A stretch of DNA of 64,000 nucleotides from assembly GCA_048884965.1 (NCBI GenBank), contig JBHLQH010000001.1:96001-160000 (forward strand). Direction: 5' to 3'. Source of the DNA: Candidatus Thorarchaeota archaeon (lineage in GTDB: Archaea; Asgardarchaeota; Thorarchaeia; Thorarchaeales; Thorarchaeaceae). The translations under genes were made by a program, and so were the position numbers. Positions 1 through 8,153 of the stretch are shown piece after piece; position 1 is the stretch's first letter; each line of letters starts with the position of its first letter. The notes below the pieces were generated by a model. It made no database searches. It was not told the origin of the DNA and saw only the letters and a program-made list of their open reading frames with translations.

Positions 1-747
1 AATAGCTAGAGTGATCACAATCGCGGTACCAAACGCTGCGAAACTGATCAATGGTGCGCCAATTTGCTTCACTCCAATTCCAACAGTAGCCCATATCACT
101 ACTAGTCCATATGCGAAATCCTTCCTAAGTAGAAGCATCAGTAGGGTGATTAGCAATGCTATAATGATGACCAGAGCTGTCCATATTTCTTGTACTCCTA
201 CAGGTATTCCTGCGATTGCAACATTTAGCACGGATGCTGTGTTAGCTATTGATGCCAATGATACCCACCCTACATACACACTGATTGGTAGATGTACTCC
301 GAGTTTCTCTGAGAGAGGTACTTCTTTGAATCCGATTCCAAGCTTGACGTAGGTAAAGAGACCGATGATTAGGAATGCAAAGATCAGTACTGGAGTAACC
401 AGATACAATGTCACATCAGTATATGCTAAGTGGAAGAGATACAGCCAGATTGTGTTAATGATTCCGCCTATGATGTAGAAGAAGGCTGTCCACTTGAGGT
501 AAGGCTTATCCCTCTGACTAGACCTTACTTGGAATAAGACTGTCACAATGAGGAGAGTGTAGATGACACTCCAGATGGCGAAGACATACCCTGGGGGAGT
601 AAACAGGCTTGGATAGAAGTCTGATATCTGACCAGATGTCGCTCCATTCACAGGGATAGCTTCAATCAGTCCATTGAGAACTATGGTGACTACAATGGAT
701 AGTGCTATTGCAATTTGTAGTAATAACGAATTAGATTCTTGATTCAT
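1..747 (-). CDS. TspO/tryptophan-rich sensory-like multi-pass membrane protein (partial, runs off window edge)
   Basis: Manual minus-strand translation from ATG at 747 gives MNQESNSLLLQIAIALSIVV...SDFYPSLFTPPGYVFAIWSVIY...HLPISVYVGWVSLASIAN. The FTPxGYxFxIW and SxYxGW motifs are typical. Absent from the ORF track because there is no stop in the window. Confidence 0.75.
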   Translation of the reverse strand, partial: MNQESNSLLLQIAIALSIVVTIVLNGLIEAIPVNGATSGQISDFYPSLFTPPGYVFAIWSVIYTLLIVTVLFQVRSSQRDKPYLKWTAFFYIIGGIINTIWLYLFHLAYTDVTLYLVTPVLIFAFLIIGLFTYVKLGIGFKEVPLSEKLGVHLPISVYVGWVSLASIANTASVLNVAIAGIPVGVQEIWTALVIIIALLITLLMLLLRKDFAYGLVVIWATVGIGVKQIGAPLISFAAFGTAIVITLAI

Positions 748-1035
748 CTCCAATCACTTCAACGATTTTATTACAGAATATTAACAATAGTTAATAAGAT
801 TATCCCTATAGAATAGAATGCATACTGATATGTGAAATACTTGGGACTGTTTCAAAGAATGCTTATATACGTGCCAAAATGGACTTTAATTTCATTATAA
901 TTAGCTCTCAAACCGTCTTTTTTCAATTGCATACCCATTATTCTTTCAAAGAGTGATTATCTTTCAGATTCTGCAGGATTTGGCATCAGTGTGGTAGTTC
1001 ATAGAATACACTGATTGTAAGGAGAGAGAGAATAA

Positions 1036-1494
1036 TTGAGAACACTCACAATCCTGTTTGGATTTCTTGTTCTTGTTTTGATGATACCTTCAGCTCAGGC
1101 GATATCGCCTGAAAATTCCTTTGCATCAACAATTGCAATTGAAGAGCCTGAGGTTGTCGTTGACGTTAAACCCGATACGCTCAATCTTATGAGTAAAGGT
1201 CGGTACATCATGTGCTATATCACACCATCTGAGGGATACGATGCTCGAGATATCGACATTTCAACAATTGTCCTTGAAGGAGTATCTGCCCTACCATATA
1301 GGTACGGATTCATCGATATCAATGAAGATGGAATTTGTGAGCTAATGGTGAAGTTCGATAGGAATGCAATCATCAGTGTGCTTCCATTTGAAAGATGCGA
1401 TGACTATCTTATGCACATCATGGGTAGCTATAACGACGGGATTGCCTTCAGGGGTACAGACCTGATTGATATCACCTATTCCGGACGTAGGTGA
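1036..1494 (+). CDS. Secreted protein with 'VDVKPDTLNLxSKGxYI' Ig-like domain and DxNxDG Ca-binding-like loop
   Basis: N-terminal signal peptide (SAQA). Its stop overlaps the next start (GTGA). Confidence 0.7.
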   Translation: MRTLTILFGFLVLVLMIPSAQAISPENSFASTIAIEEPEVVVDVKPDTLNLMSKGRYIMCYITPSEGYDARDIDISTIVLEGVSALPYRYGFIDINEDGICELMVKFDRNAIISVLPFERCDDYLMHIMGSYNDGIAFRGTDLIDITYSGRR

Positions 1495-2375
1495 AAACAA
1501 TGAAACATGGTCGCTTAATGCTGCTTTCATTCCTATTACTTTCCTCTATGCTACTAACAGCAACACCTCGAGTTTCAGCTGACCCTTTAGAACGGGCTGT
1601 AGATCTTGGCCCTCAGGACTTCATGATTTCAGTAACAGAGGCGAGCTATGGCCAGTCAGTGTCACAGAAATCAGTGCATTGGGCTGTAGTTGTTGGGATC
1701 AGTGACTACAAAGCGATTGGTGATTTGCGGTTCTGTGACGATGATGCGAATGATTGGTATGCATATCTAACCGTCCTAGGATATGAGAATATCATTGTCC
1801 TTGGTGATCACACAAATATCTACACTCAGTATGATGGTCTGGCAACCGAGTATAATGTAAAGAATGCACTCCGGTATGTCGTCGAGAATGCTGGCATAAA
1901 AGACACCATAGCGTTCATCTCATCTGGTCATGGATCTGGAGATAGCAGAGGTTCTAGCCTTCTTTGCATGTGGGATATCACCGCTGGAGAAGATGGCGAG
2001 GATGGATATCTTTGGGACTATGAGGTCGCTTCGATCCTGCAATATGCCCAATCTGAAAGCATCTTTGTCTTTCTTGATCACTGCTTTGCAGGTGGGTTTG
2101 GGGACGACCTGATGGCTATGCCCAACTCAGATAACATATATGCTGCAGTGACCTGCGATATCATGGGCATGGGTTGGGATGCGGGTGAATACAACAACGG
2201 GTTGTGGACCTACTTCTTCTTGGAGTATACCCTCATTGGAGTCTTTGAATTCGATCCACGTCTTGATATGGAGACAGCATTTCTCGTTGCAGAATCGGTC
2301 TATCCATACCGTGGAGGAGCTCATCATCCTCAGGAATACGATGGCAATCCCACTGATCTATTCACAATATGGTAG
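1491..2375 (+). CDS. Secreted caspase-family (clan CD, C14 metacaspase/orthocaspase-like) cysteine protease
   Basis: WAVVVGISDY, L..CDDDA, SGHG (catalytic His) and LDHCFAGG (catalytic Cys); hydrophobic signal peptide. Confidence 0.85.
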   Translation: MKTMKHGRLMLLSFLLLSSMLLTATPRVSADPLERAVDLGPQDFMISVTEASYGQSVSQKSVHWAVVVGISDYKAIGDLRFCDDDANDWYAYLTVLGYENIIVLGDHTNIYTQYDGLATEYNVKNALRYVVENAGIKDTIAFISSGHGSGDSRGSSLLCMWDITAGEDGEDGYLWDYEVASILQYAQSESIFVFLDHCFAGGFGDDLMAMPNSDNIYAAVTCDIMGMGWDAGEYNNGLWTYFFLEYTLIGVFEFDPRLDMETAFLVAESVYPYRGGAHHPQEYDGNPTDLFTIW

Positions 2376-2420
2376 GCCAACCTGAACGCAAGATAGCAAA
2401 GCATTGTACTGGGAGTACAT

Positions 2421-2446
2421 AGGCAGAGCTCAATCCTCTGCTTTGT
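2421..2446 (+). terminator. Putative terminator hairpin
   Basis: AGGCAGAG...CTCTGCTT stem followed by a short T run, downstream of the caspase gene. Confidence 0.35.
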
Positions 2447-2477
2447 ATAGGGAGACAGCTCTCATTACTCCCAGCTT

Positions 2478-2520
2478 TTGTTAAATACTAGTTTGCTGGA
2501 TAAAGCACAATCGGGTGGTT
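2478..2520 (+). promoter_or_regulatory. TATA-like box and RBS, duplicated at 4208-4250
   Basis: TTGTTAAATACtAGTTTG...TCGGGTGGTT. TTAAATA lies 42 nt before the ATG in both copies. Confidence 0.6.
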
Positions 2521-2522
2521 TG

Positions 2523-3032
2523 ATGAAGAACATATGGAACTGTATCTCCTGCCTAGGTATCCTGCTGCTAATAGTAGGGGCTGGAATGGCAGCACTCTTC
2601 ACTGTTGCGTATTTCTATATCCTGAATGTACTTGGACAAACCTTTGATGATGGAGGAGCTCAGGTCTTCTCACTGATCACCACTGGGGTGATTATTGCAA
2701 TTATCGGTGCGGTATTCACAACCTATCAATTTTCTAAAGCCCGAAAATGGAACAATCTTGTCAGGTTCGCCAAGATGAAGGGCGAAATAACAATGCAAGA
2801 GGCTGCCGAGCATGTAGGCGTTACGCCTGAGAAGGCGAAAGCGATCATCTATGAGGCAGTTGGAGAAGGAGAATTGACTGGTACAATTGCTGGTGACACC
2901 TTTACAAGGGGACAACCTGCCGTTATCACACGAGTTTCAGAGACCCAGAAGGTACTGATAGTTTGTCCCTATTGCGGAGCCAAGAACGAACAAGGAATGC
3001 CACGATGTCATAATTGCAACAATGCACTATGA
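2523..3032 (+). CDS. Membrane protein: 2 TM, PCI-like winged helix, C-terminal Zn ribbon (paralog of 4253-4750)
   Basis: Two hydrophobic helices; ITMQEAAEHVGVTPEKAKAIIYEAVGEGELTGTI; CPYC..CHNC. Start placed at ATG 2523 after the GGTGG RBS. Confidence 0.75.
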   Translation: MKNIWNCISCLGILLLIVGAGMAALFTVAYFYILNVLGQTFDDGGAQVFSLITTGVIIAIIGAVFTTYQFSKARKWNNLVRFAKMKGEITMQEAAEHVGVTPEKAKAIIYEAVGEGELTGTIAGDTFTRGQPAVITRVSETQKVLIVCPYCGAKNEQGMPRCHNCNNAL

Positions 3033-3063
3033 CCCATGCTTACTGCATGTGATTCATTGTCCA

Positions 3064-3993
3064 TTACAAGCAAGAAGATTCTATCAATTCAAGCAGTATC
3101 CTTCGTCTTAGACCATCATAAGATCGGGTCTTTGTTGCAACATGAGAAACCACTGCAGTCACAAAATCTGCTTGACGAATTGCTCTGGTGATCGATTCGA
3201 CCTCACCCATGGCTGGTACCACAAAATATGCTAATATCATAGGTTCAATTGTCGATTCAAAGACCTCCCAGAGTTCCACAGGGAATGTTTCCATCAGCCA
3301 GTTGGTGCATCTGCTATGCTCTGATTTCGATTGGTCATATTTTATCAAAGCGGAAAAGTGGGTGCCGGTCGAAACCTCTGGATTCCATTTGAGGGTGAAT
3401 CTAACGCCACCATGCTCCATGATTTCCTTCAGAGCTCTTCTAACTGTCCGCGACGAAAGATTTGCTGCCAAGGCTATCTCGTTTATTGGCATCTTCGGAT
3501 CATTAATCAGCGGTTTCAATATTCTAAAATGCAATTTCTTTAGCTCAGAATCGCTCATTGGAGGAGCAAGCGAAGTGTACAATATCAAGGGATGGATTTC
3601 AACATTGAGCACTCCTTTCTGAGCTCGTATCAAACGAGTAATCCTTGACATGTCTTCTGCAGTTATATAATCAGCAAAAACTGCATAGTAGCCACCAGCA
3701 TGAGGAGTGACATCCAAAATATATTCACTACTTCCCAAGGCATTTGAGAATTCTTCTTCATCGCGGGTGCCATCTGTTAGTATCCAAGCTAGCAAGGAAT
3801 GAGCATCGATCATTGTATATGTCAATTCAATTGTATAGTAATCGATAACACCGGAATCTTCTAGTTTTCCTATCCGTTTTCTAACTGCATTAGCTGTAAT
3901 TCCTGTCTTTTGTGCCAATTCATGATATGACATCCTACAATTGCCTGCAAGTTCGTAGATGATTTGCTTATCCAGCTTATCCAGTTTGGGCAC
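3064..3993 (-). CDS. Tandem (double HTH-RAM) Lrp/AsnC family transcriptional regulator
   Basis: LDKLDKQII..L..NCRMSY.ELA...GIT...VRKRI.KLE.SGVI, plus a second HTH at RILKPLINDPKMPINEIA. Confidence 0.85.
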   Translation of the reverse strand: MPKLDKLDKQIIYELAGNCRMSYHELAQKTGITANAVRKRIGKLEDSGVIDYYTIELTYTMIDAHSLLAWILTDGTRDEEEFSNALGSSEYILDVTPHAGGYYAVFADYITAEDMSRITRLIRAQKGVLNVEIHPLILYTSLAPPMSDSELKKLHFRILKPLINDPKMPINEIALAANLSSRTVRRALKEIMEHGGVRFTLKWNPEVSTGTHFSALIKYDQSKSEHSRCTNWLMETFPVELWEVFESTIEPMILAYFVVPAMGEVESITRAIRQADFVTAVVSHVATKTRSYDGLRRRILLELIESSCL

Positions 3994-4024
3994 CTTCCAT
4001 AAGAATGGTGCAATTTCAGTGAAA

Positions 4025-4073
4025 AAGGTACTGATAGTCTATCTCTTGCGGAGCGAGGAATGAGATAAGGAAT
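4025..4073 (+). pseudogene. Degenerate remnant of the Zn-ribbon-coding tail of the 2523-3032 gene
   Basis: AAGGTACTGATAGTCTATCTC-TTGCGGAGCGAGGAATGAGATAAGGAAT aligns to 2949-2998 (AAGGTACTGATAGTTTGTCCCTATTGCGGAGCCAAGAACGAACAAGGAAT) with indels. Confidence 0.55.
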
Positions 4074-4252
4074 CAAACATCGTATTCGTGAGAGAAAAGA
4101 GTCAGAGATGAGAAGTGTACACTACTATATGGTGGGTGAAAGATTTCAGGGATTTGCTTGACTCAAAACACAATTCAAAAGGTCAATAAATCATATGAAA
4201 GTCAAGCTTGTTAAATACAAGTTTGTCCATTTAGTAGCATTCGGGTGGTTAT

Positions 4253-4750
4253 ATGAAGAGTTCCTGCAATTGTGTTGTATGCCTTGGATTCTTACTTATT
4301 GCGGGTGGTGGAATCGCAGCGCTATATGCTGCGCCACTCCTCTTTCAAGAGAATGCTTGGCTGAGTCTTTTTGGTGGGGATGATACACTACTTGTCTTGC
4401 TAGTTGGCATAGTCGTGGCGATAGTAGGTCTTTCATTGGTCTATTCAGGTTTCGCTTCTGCAAAGAATTGGAACCGAGTGGTCGCTATCGCAAAATCCCA
4501 GAACCAGATCACTCTAAAGGAGATTAGTGTCAAATCCGGAATTCCGATTGACAAGGTGTCAGGCATTGTGTATGATGCAATCGGAAGTGGAGAACTCAGC
4601 GGTACGATTCAGGGGGACACATTCAACAATTCACGACCCGCTGCAATGACCCATGCGACTGAGGCGAAGGTGCTCGTTATCTGTCCTTATTGTGGGGCAA
4701 AGACTGAGCAAGGTTTAGCCAAGTGTCAGAAATGCGGTGCATCTCTCTAG
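4253..4750 (+). CDS. Membrane protein: 2 TM, PCI-like winged helix, Zn ribbon (paralog of 2523-3032)
   Basis: Same architecture; ITLKEIS..SGIP...V..IVYDAIGSGELSGTI and CPYC..CQKC. Confidence 0.8.
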   Translation: MKSSCNCVVCLGFLLIAGGGIAALYAAPLLFQENAWLSLFGGDDTLLVLLVGIVVAIVGLSLVYSGFASAKNWNRVVAIAKSQNQITLKEISVKSGIPIDKVSGIVYDAIGSGELSGTIQGDTFNNSRPAAMTHATEAKVLVICPYCGAKTEQGLAKCQKCGASL

Positions 4751-4826
4751 TGAGCTAGCAATCACCTTCCACTCATTGGCCTGTTCAAGTGGAACAATAC
4801 CACTCTGAGTAAGAATTCATTGGTAA

Positions 4827-4871
4827 GTAACCTATAAGTACAGGAAGTCGAAGCCGTTCCCTAGATAATTC
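4827..4871 (+). repeat. 45-bp direct repeat copy 1 (contains TATA-like box)
   Basis: GTAACCTATAAGTACAGGAAGTCGAAGCCGTTCCCTAGATAATTC, 42/45 identical to 6044-6088. Confidence 0.85.
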
Positions 4872-4903
4872 GATACTACATTGAGAATTGTGGATGTGAG
4901 AAG

Positions 4904-5869
4904 ATGGGGAATGACTTAGATGCTATCATGACCGAAGCTGATGCGCTACTTGAATCAGGGCGTGCAGAGGAAGCTGAAGCAAAGCTTCGTCAGGTGATAA
5001 AGAAGGATAAGAAGAACTCTAGAGCATGGTTCAATCTGGCTGGAATATTGGTTGCAAGGGGAATTTACAAGGATGCTTTAGAAGCATTCGAAGCATGTTT
5101 GAAAGTCGACAAGAAGAATGGGATGTGTTGGGGCCAATACGCAACAGTTCTGAAACATATGGGTAAATACAAGGACGCTGAGAAAGCATTCAAAGAAGCA
5201 GTAAAGAATGACCCGGATCATCCGAGTGTATTCTTCAATTATGCGAATTTTCTTAGAGAGCAGAAGCATCTCAAGGAAGCTGTTGAGATGTATAAGAAAG
5301 CAATCAAAATGGCTCCTGATAACGGCAACTACTGGAATAATCTGGGTTTCACATATGAGTTCCTGAATGATTATGGCTCAGCTGAAGAAACGTTCAAGAA
5401 AGCAATTGAGCTCGATTCTACTTTGAGTGGGGCTTGGAGAGAACTTGGTGCACTTCGGGCCTCAAGAGGGGAAAAGGAATCAGCTTTTGATGCAATGTCT
5501 CGTTGCTCAGAGTTAGATCCTGATGATGAGATAAACTGGTATAACCGAGGTCTCACCGCGTTGAACTTGGGAAATGTGCAAGCTGCTTTCAATTCATTTC
5601 TAAAAGTAATCCAGCTAGATACTAGGAAGTTCGAAGCTTTCTCATATCTGGGCCTCCTCTATTTCATTGATGGGAATCTGACATTTGCTAAACGTAACAT
5701 TGACCGTTCTCTAGAGCTAAATCCCAGCTATCAACCTTCACGTAACGTACGGATAGAAATGACTCAGATAATATCTAATGACCAATTTGGTCATACACAG
5801 ATTGGTGATAGAGATTATATCAATGACCGCGATGGTAATAGGACCAAGTACTTCTACGTTATCGAGTAG
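4904..5869 (+). CDS. Tetratricopeptide repeat protein
   Basis: About 8 TPR units (AWFNLA, YWNNLG, WYNRG...). Confidence 0.9.
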   Translation: MGNDLDAIMTEADALLESGRAEEAEAKLRQVIKKDKKNSRAWFNLAGILVARGIYKDALEAFEACLKVDKKNGMCWGQYATVLKHMGKYKDAEKAFKEAVKNDPDHPSVFFNYANFLREQKHLKEAVEMYKKAIKMAPDNGNYWNNLGFTYEFLNDYGSAEETFKKAIELDSTLSGAWRELGALRASRGEKESAFDAMSRCSELDPDDEINWYNRGLTALNLGNVQAAFNSFLKVIQLDTRKFEAFSYLGLLYFIDGNLTFAKRNIDRSLELNPSYQPSRNVRIEMTQIISNDQFGHTQIGDRDYINDRDGNRTKYFYVIE

Positions 5870-6043
5870 AGATAGAACTCCTAAGGGGACAGGAAGTAGA
5901 GGCCAAAGAATGCATGGAAAATGAGAATAAAACCCCATCTCTCCTTGGGAACGACATTTCAAAGCATTTGCCTCCGGAAAGATGCTCGAAACTGCGCATC
6001 AGTTACCGATTTGCTCTAGAACATAAGATGATTTGGATTTGAG

Positions 6044-6088
6044 GTAACCTATAAGTAGAGGAAGTCGAAGCCGTACCTTAGATAATTC
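6044..6088 (+). repeat. 45-bp direct repeat copy 2 (probable promoter of the thiolase operon)
   Basis: GTAACCTATAAGTAGAGGAAGTCGAAGCCGTACCTTAGATAATTC. Confidence 0.85.
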
Positions 6089-6136
6089 AACTCCTTTCCG
6101 CTTGTTGGGGAGGAGTAGAAAGGAAAGGATGACACA

Positions 6137-7414
6137 ATGAGTCGTAAAGTTTGTATCGCAGGCGGTGCGGTAACTCCTTTCGACTACCCCATGCATATCA
6201 CCCCAGAGGGTATGATTGCTAACTGTATTGTTGAAACTCAGCATGATATTCCTGATTTCAGCTTGAGAGACCTCCAATTTATGGTCTATTCTCATTTCTC
6301 AGTACACTTTGGCAAGCAGCTCTGTCCGGAGTGGATCGTTCACGATCACTTGGGTCTAGTCGGTCTACCGCATGTGCGAATCGAGAACGGTGGCAACACA
6401 GGTGGTTCTGCACTCTATGGTGCGTTCCTCGCTGTGAAGTCTGGCCTGTTCGACGTAGTTGGAGTCGCTGGTTGGGAAACCATGGACAATGTAACCCAAT
6501 CTCAGGGTTCTGAGTTCATCGCGCTCGCATCAGACACCCGCTACGAGGCACTCGCCGGCGGAATCTACCCAATCTACTATGCAGCTATGGCATACAAGTT
6601 CATGAAGGAGAACAACCTCACAGAGGAGGACTTCGCCATGGCCGCGATGAAGAATCGTAACTATGCAGCTGACAATGAGAAATCTCAGTGGTATCGAAGC
6701 GACTATACCAATCCTGACTCCCCCTACTACAAGAAGACCTTGGAAATTCAGGATGTTATTGATAGTCGACTTATCAGCTATCCACTGAAGCGTCTTGACT
6801 GTTGTTTGATGAGCCGTGGTGGTGCGTTCGCCCTCGTTACCAGTGAGGAGTGGGCAAAGAAGCACGCTCCGAACAACTATGTCGTCATCGATGGTGCCGG
6901 TCTTAGCAGCTGTACCATCCGTGCCGGTGACCGTATTGACTTCCCAGGATGGAACGAGCAATACGGCAAGGGCTACCCAGACATGACTGAGTTCGCAGCT
7001 TGCAGGAAGTCTGGAGAGGTCGCCTACGACATGGCTGGTATCGAGTACAAGAAGGCCGCCAAGGAGATCGACGTCGCTGAGATCCACGATGCTTTCAGCT
7101 CTTCTGAAGTGCAAATCTATAAGGCCCTCCACTGGTGCGACAAGGAGAACATGAGGGAGTTTATCCGCGACAAGCAGACCTTCCTCGATGGTGAGGTCCC
7201 GACAAATATCGGCGGCGGTCTTATGGGCTATGGTCACCCAGTCGGTGCCACAGGAATCATGTCCGCTATCGAGTGTATGTATCACTTGAACGACACCGCT
7301 CCTAAGAAGCACTTGAGCTCACAGACCTATGTCAAGGACGCGAACACAGGTCTTGTCAACAGTCACGCAGGTACTGGAACCAGTATCTCGAACTTCATTC
7401 TCAGGAGGCCATAA
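6137..7414 (+). CDS. Thiolase-fold protein (SCP-x/archaeal acetyl-CoA acetyltransferase-like), canonical catalytic Cys absent
   Basis: AEIHDAF, NIGGGL and GHPVGATG motifs; ENGGNTGG where ExACASG is expected. Confidence 0.85.
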   Translation: MSRKVCIAGGAVTPFDYPMHITPEGMIANCIVETQHDIPDFSLRDLQFMVYSHFSVHFGKQLCPEWIVHDHLGLVGLPHVRIENGGNTGGSALYGAFLAVKSGLFDVVGVAGWETMDNVTQSQGSEFIALASDTRYEALAGGIYPIYYAAMAYKFMKENNLTEEDFAMAAMKNRNYAADNEKSQWYRSDYTNPDSPYYKKTLEIQDVIDSRLISYPLKRLDCCLMSRGGAFALVTSEEWAKKHAPNNYVVIDGAGLSSCTIRAGDRIDFPGWNEQYGKGYPDMTEFAACRKSGEVAYDMAGIEYKKAAKEIDVAEIHDAFSSSEVQIYKALHWCDKENMREFIRDKQTFLDGEVPTNIGGGLMGYGHPVGATGIMSAIECMYHLNDTAPKKHLSSQTYVKDANTGLVNSHAGTGTSISNFILRRP

Positions 7415-7416
7415 TC

Positions 7417-8079
7417 ATGGTGGAAGATAAGCGATTGCACAAGATTCCCCTTCGTGTGAAGTGGGATGTCAAGAAGTCTGATAAGTTCCGAGGTAATGTC
7501 AAGGAAACAGGTATTGGCTTCATGGGCTATGATTATGACACCGAAACCGACCAGTTCAAAGTCTATCTCCACTACGACCAGTTGTACTACTGGAAGTATG
7601 CAGAGGTATCCAAGCTTGGTAAGGGATTCGTTGATGGTAAGTTCATGGGAACCAAATGTCCCAAGTGTGGTGACAAATTCTTCCCGCCCCGTGTGAACTG
7701 CTGGAATCTTGATTGCAATATGGAACGCAGCGATTGGATCGAACTCAGGCAAGAAGGAATCGTCCACACCTGGACCATCGCTGGATGGAGTGGCAAGTCC
7801 TCATTGAAGAGGCTACCATTCGTGCTTGCATATGTCGTAGTTGACGGTTGCAAGACAGCTATCGCAAACGAGCTTCGAGGAATCGATCCTTGGGACACCG
7901 AGTTCGGTATGCCTGTCAAGGTTGTTTGGAAACCCGAGGACGAGCGACAAGGCACTGTTACGGATTGGCACTTTGAGCCTGCTGATGGCTGGAAACCCAC
8001 AGTAGGTATGACCCCCGAGAAGGAGCGCATGAAGGAGCTTTGTGCCCCTGTTATCGAATGGGTCAAGTCAATGAAATAG
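7417..8079 (+). CDS. DUF35 Zn-ribbon/OB-fold acyl-CoA-binding protein with N-terminal extension
   Basis: CPKCG..FFPPRVNC..C, G.VHTWTI, PFVLAYV, GMPVKVVW; directly after the thiolase. Confidence 0.85.
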   Translation: MVEDKRLHKIPLRVKWDVKKSDKFRGNVKETGIGFMGYDYDTETDQFKVYLHYDQLYYWKYAEVSKLGKGFVDGKFMGTKCPKCGDKFFPPRVNCWNLDCNMERSDWIELRQEGIVHTWTIAGWSGKSSLKRLPFVLAYVVVDGCKTAIANELRGIDPWDTEFGMPVKVVWKPEDERQGTVTDWHFEPADGWKPTVGMTPEKERMKELCAPVIEWVKSMK

Positions 8080-8091
8080 TCTGATATATTG

Positions 8092-8122
8092 AATGAGCTG
8101 GATGATTCTCCAGCTCATTTTC
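8092..8122 (+). terminator. Terminator hairpin between convergent genes
   Basis: Perfect 11-bp stem AATGAGCTGGA/TCCAGCTCATT followed by T-rich sequence. Confidence 0.7.
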
Positions 8123-8153
8123 CTATCTCTATCGATTTTCTTAATCTCGTTTT

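Noticed and set aside
11-352. 113-aa plus-strand ORF
   Set aside because: Antisense shadow of the TspO-like gene on the minus strand.
4827-6088. IS element or integron cassette
   Set aside because: No transposase or integrase, no terminal inverted repeats and no attC-like palindrome; kept only as a direct-repeat observation.
6530-8066. Long minus-strand ORFs (260, 134 and 159 aa)
   Set aside because: Antisense shadows of the thiolase and DUF35 genes, caused by biased codon use; no motifs.
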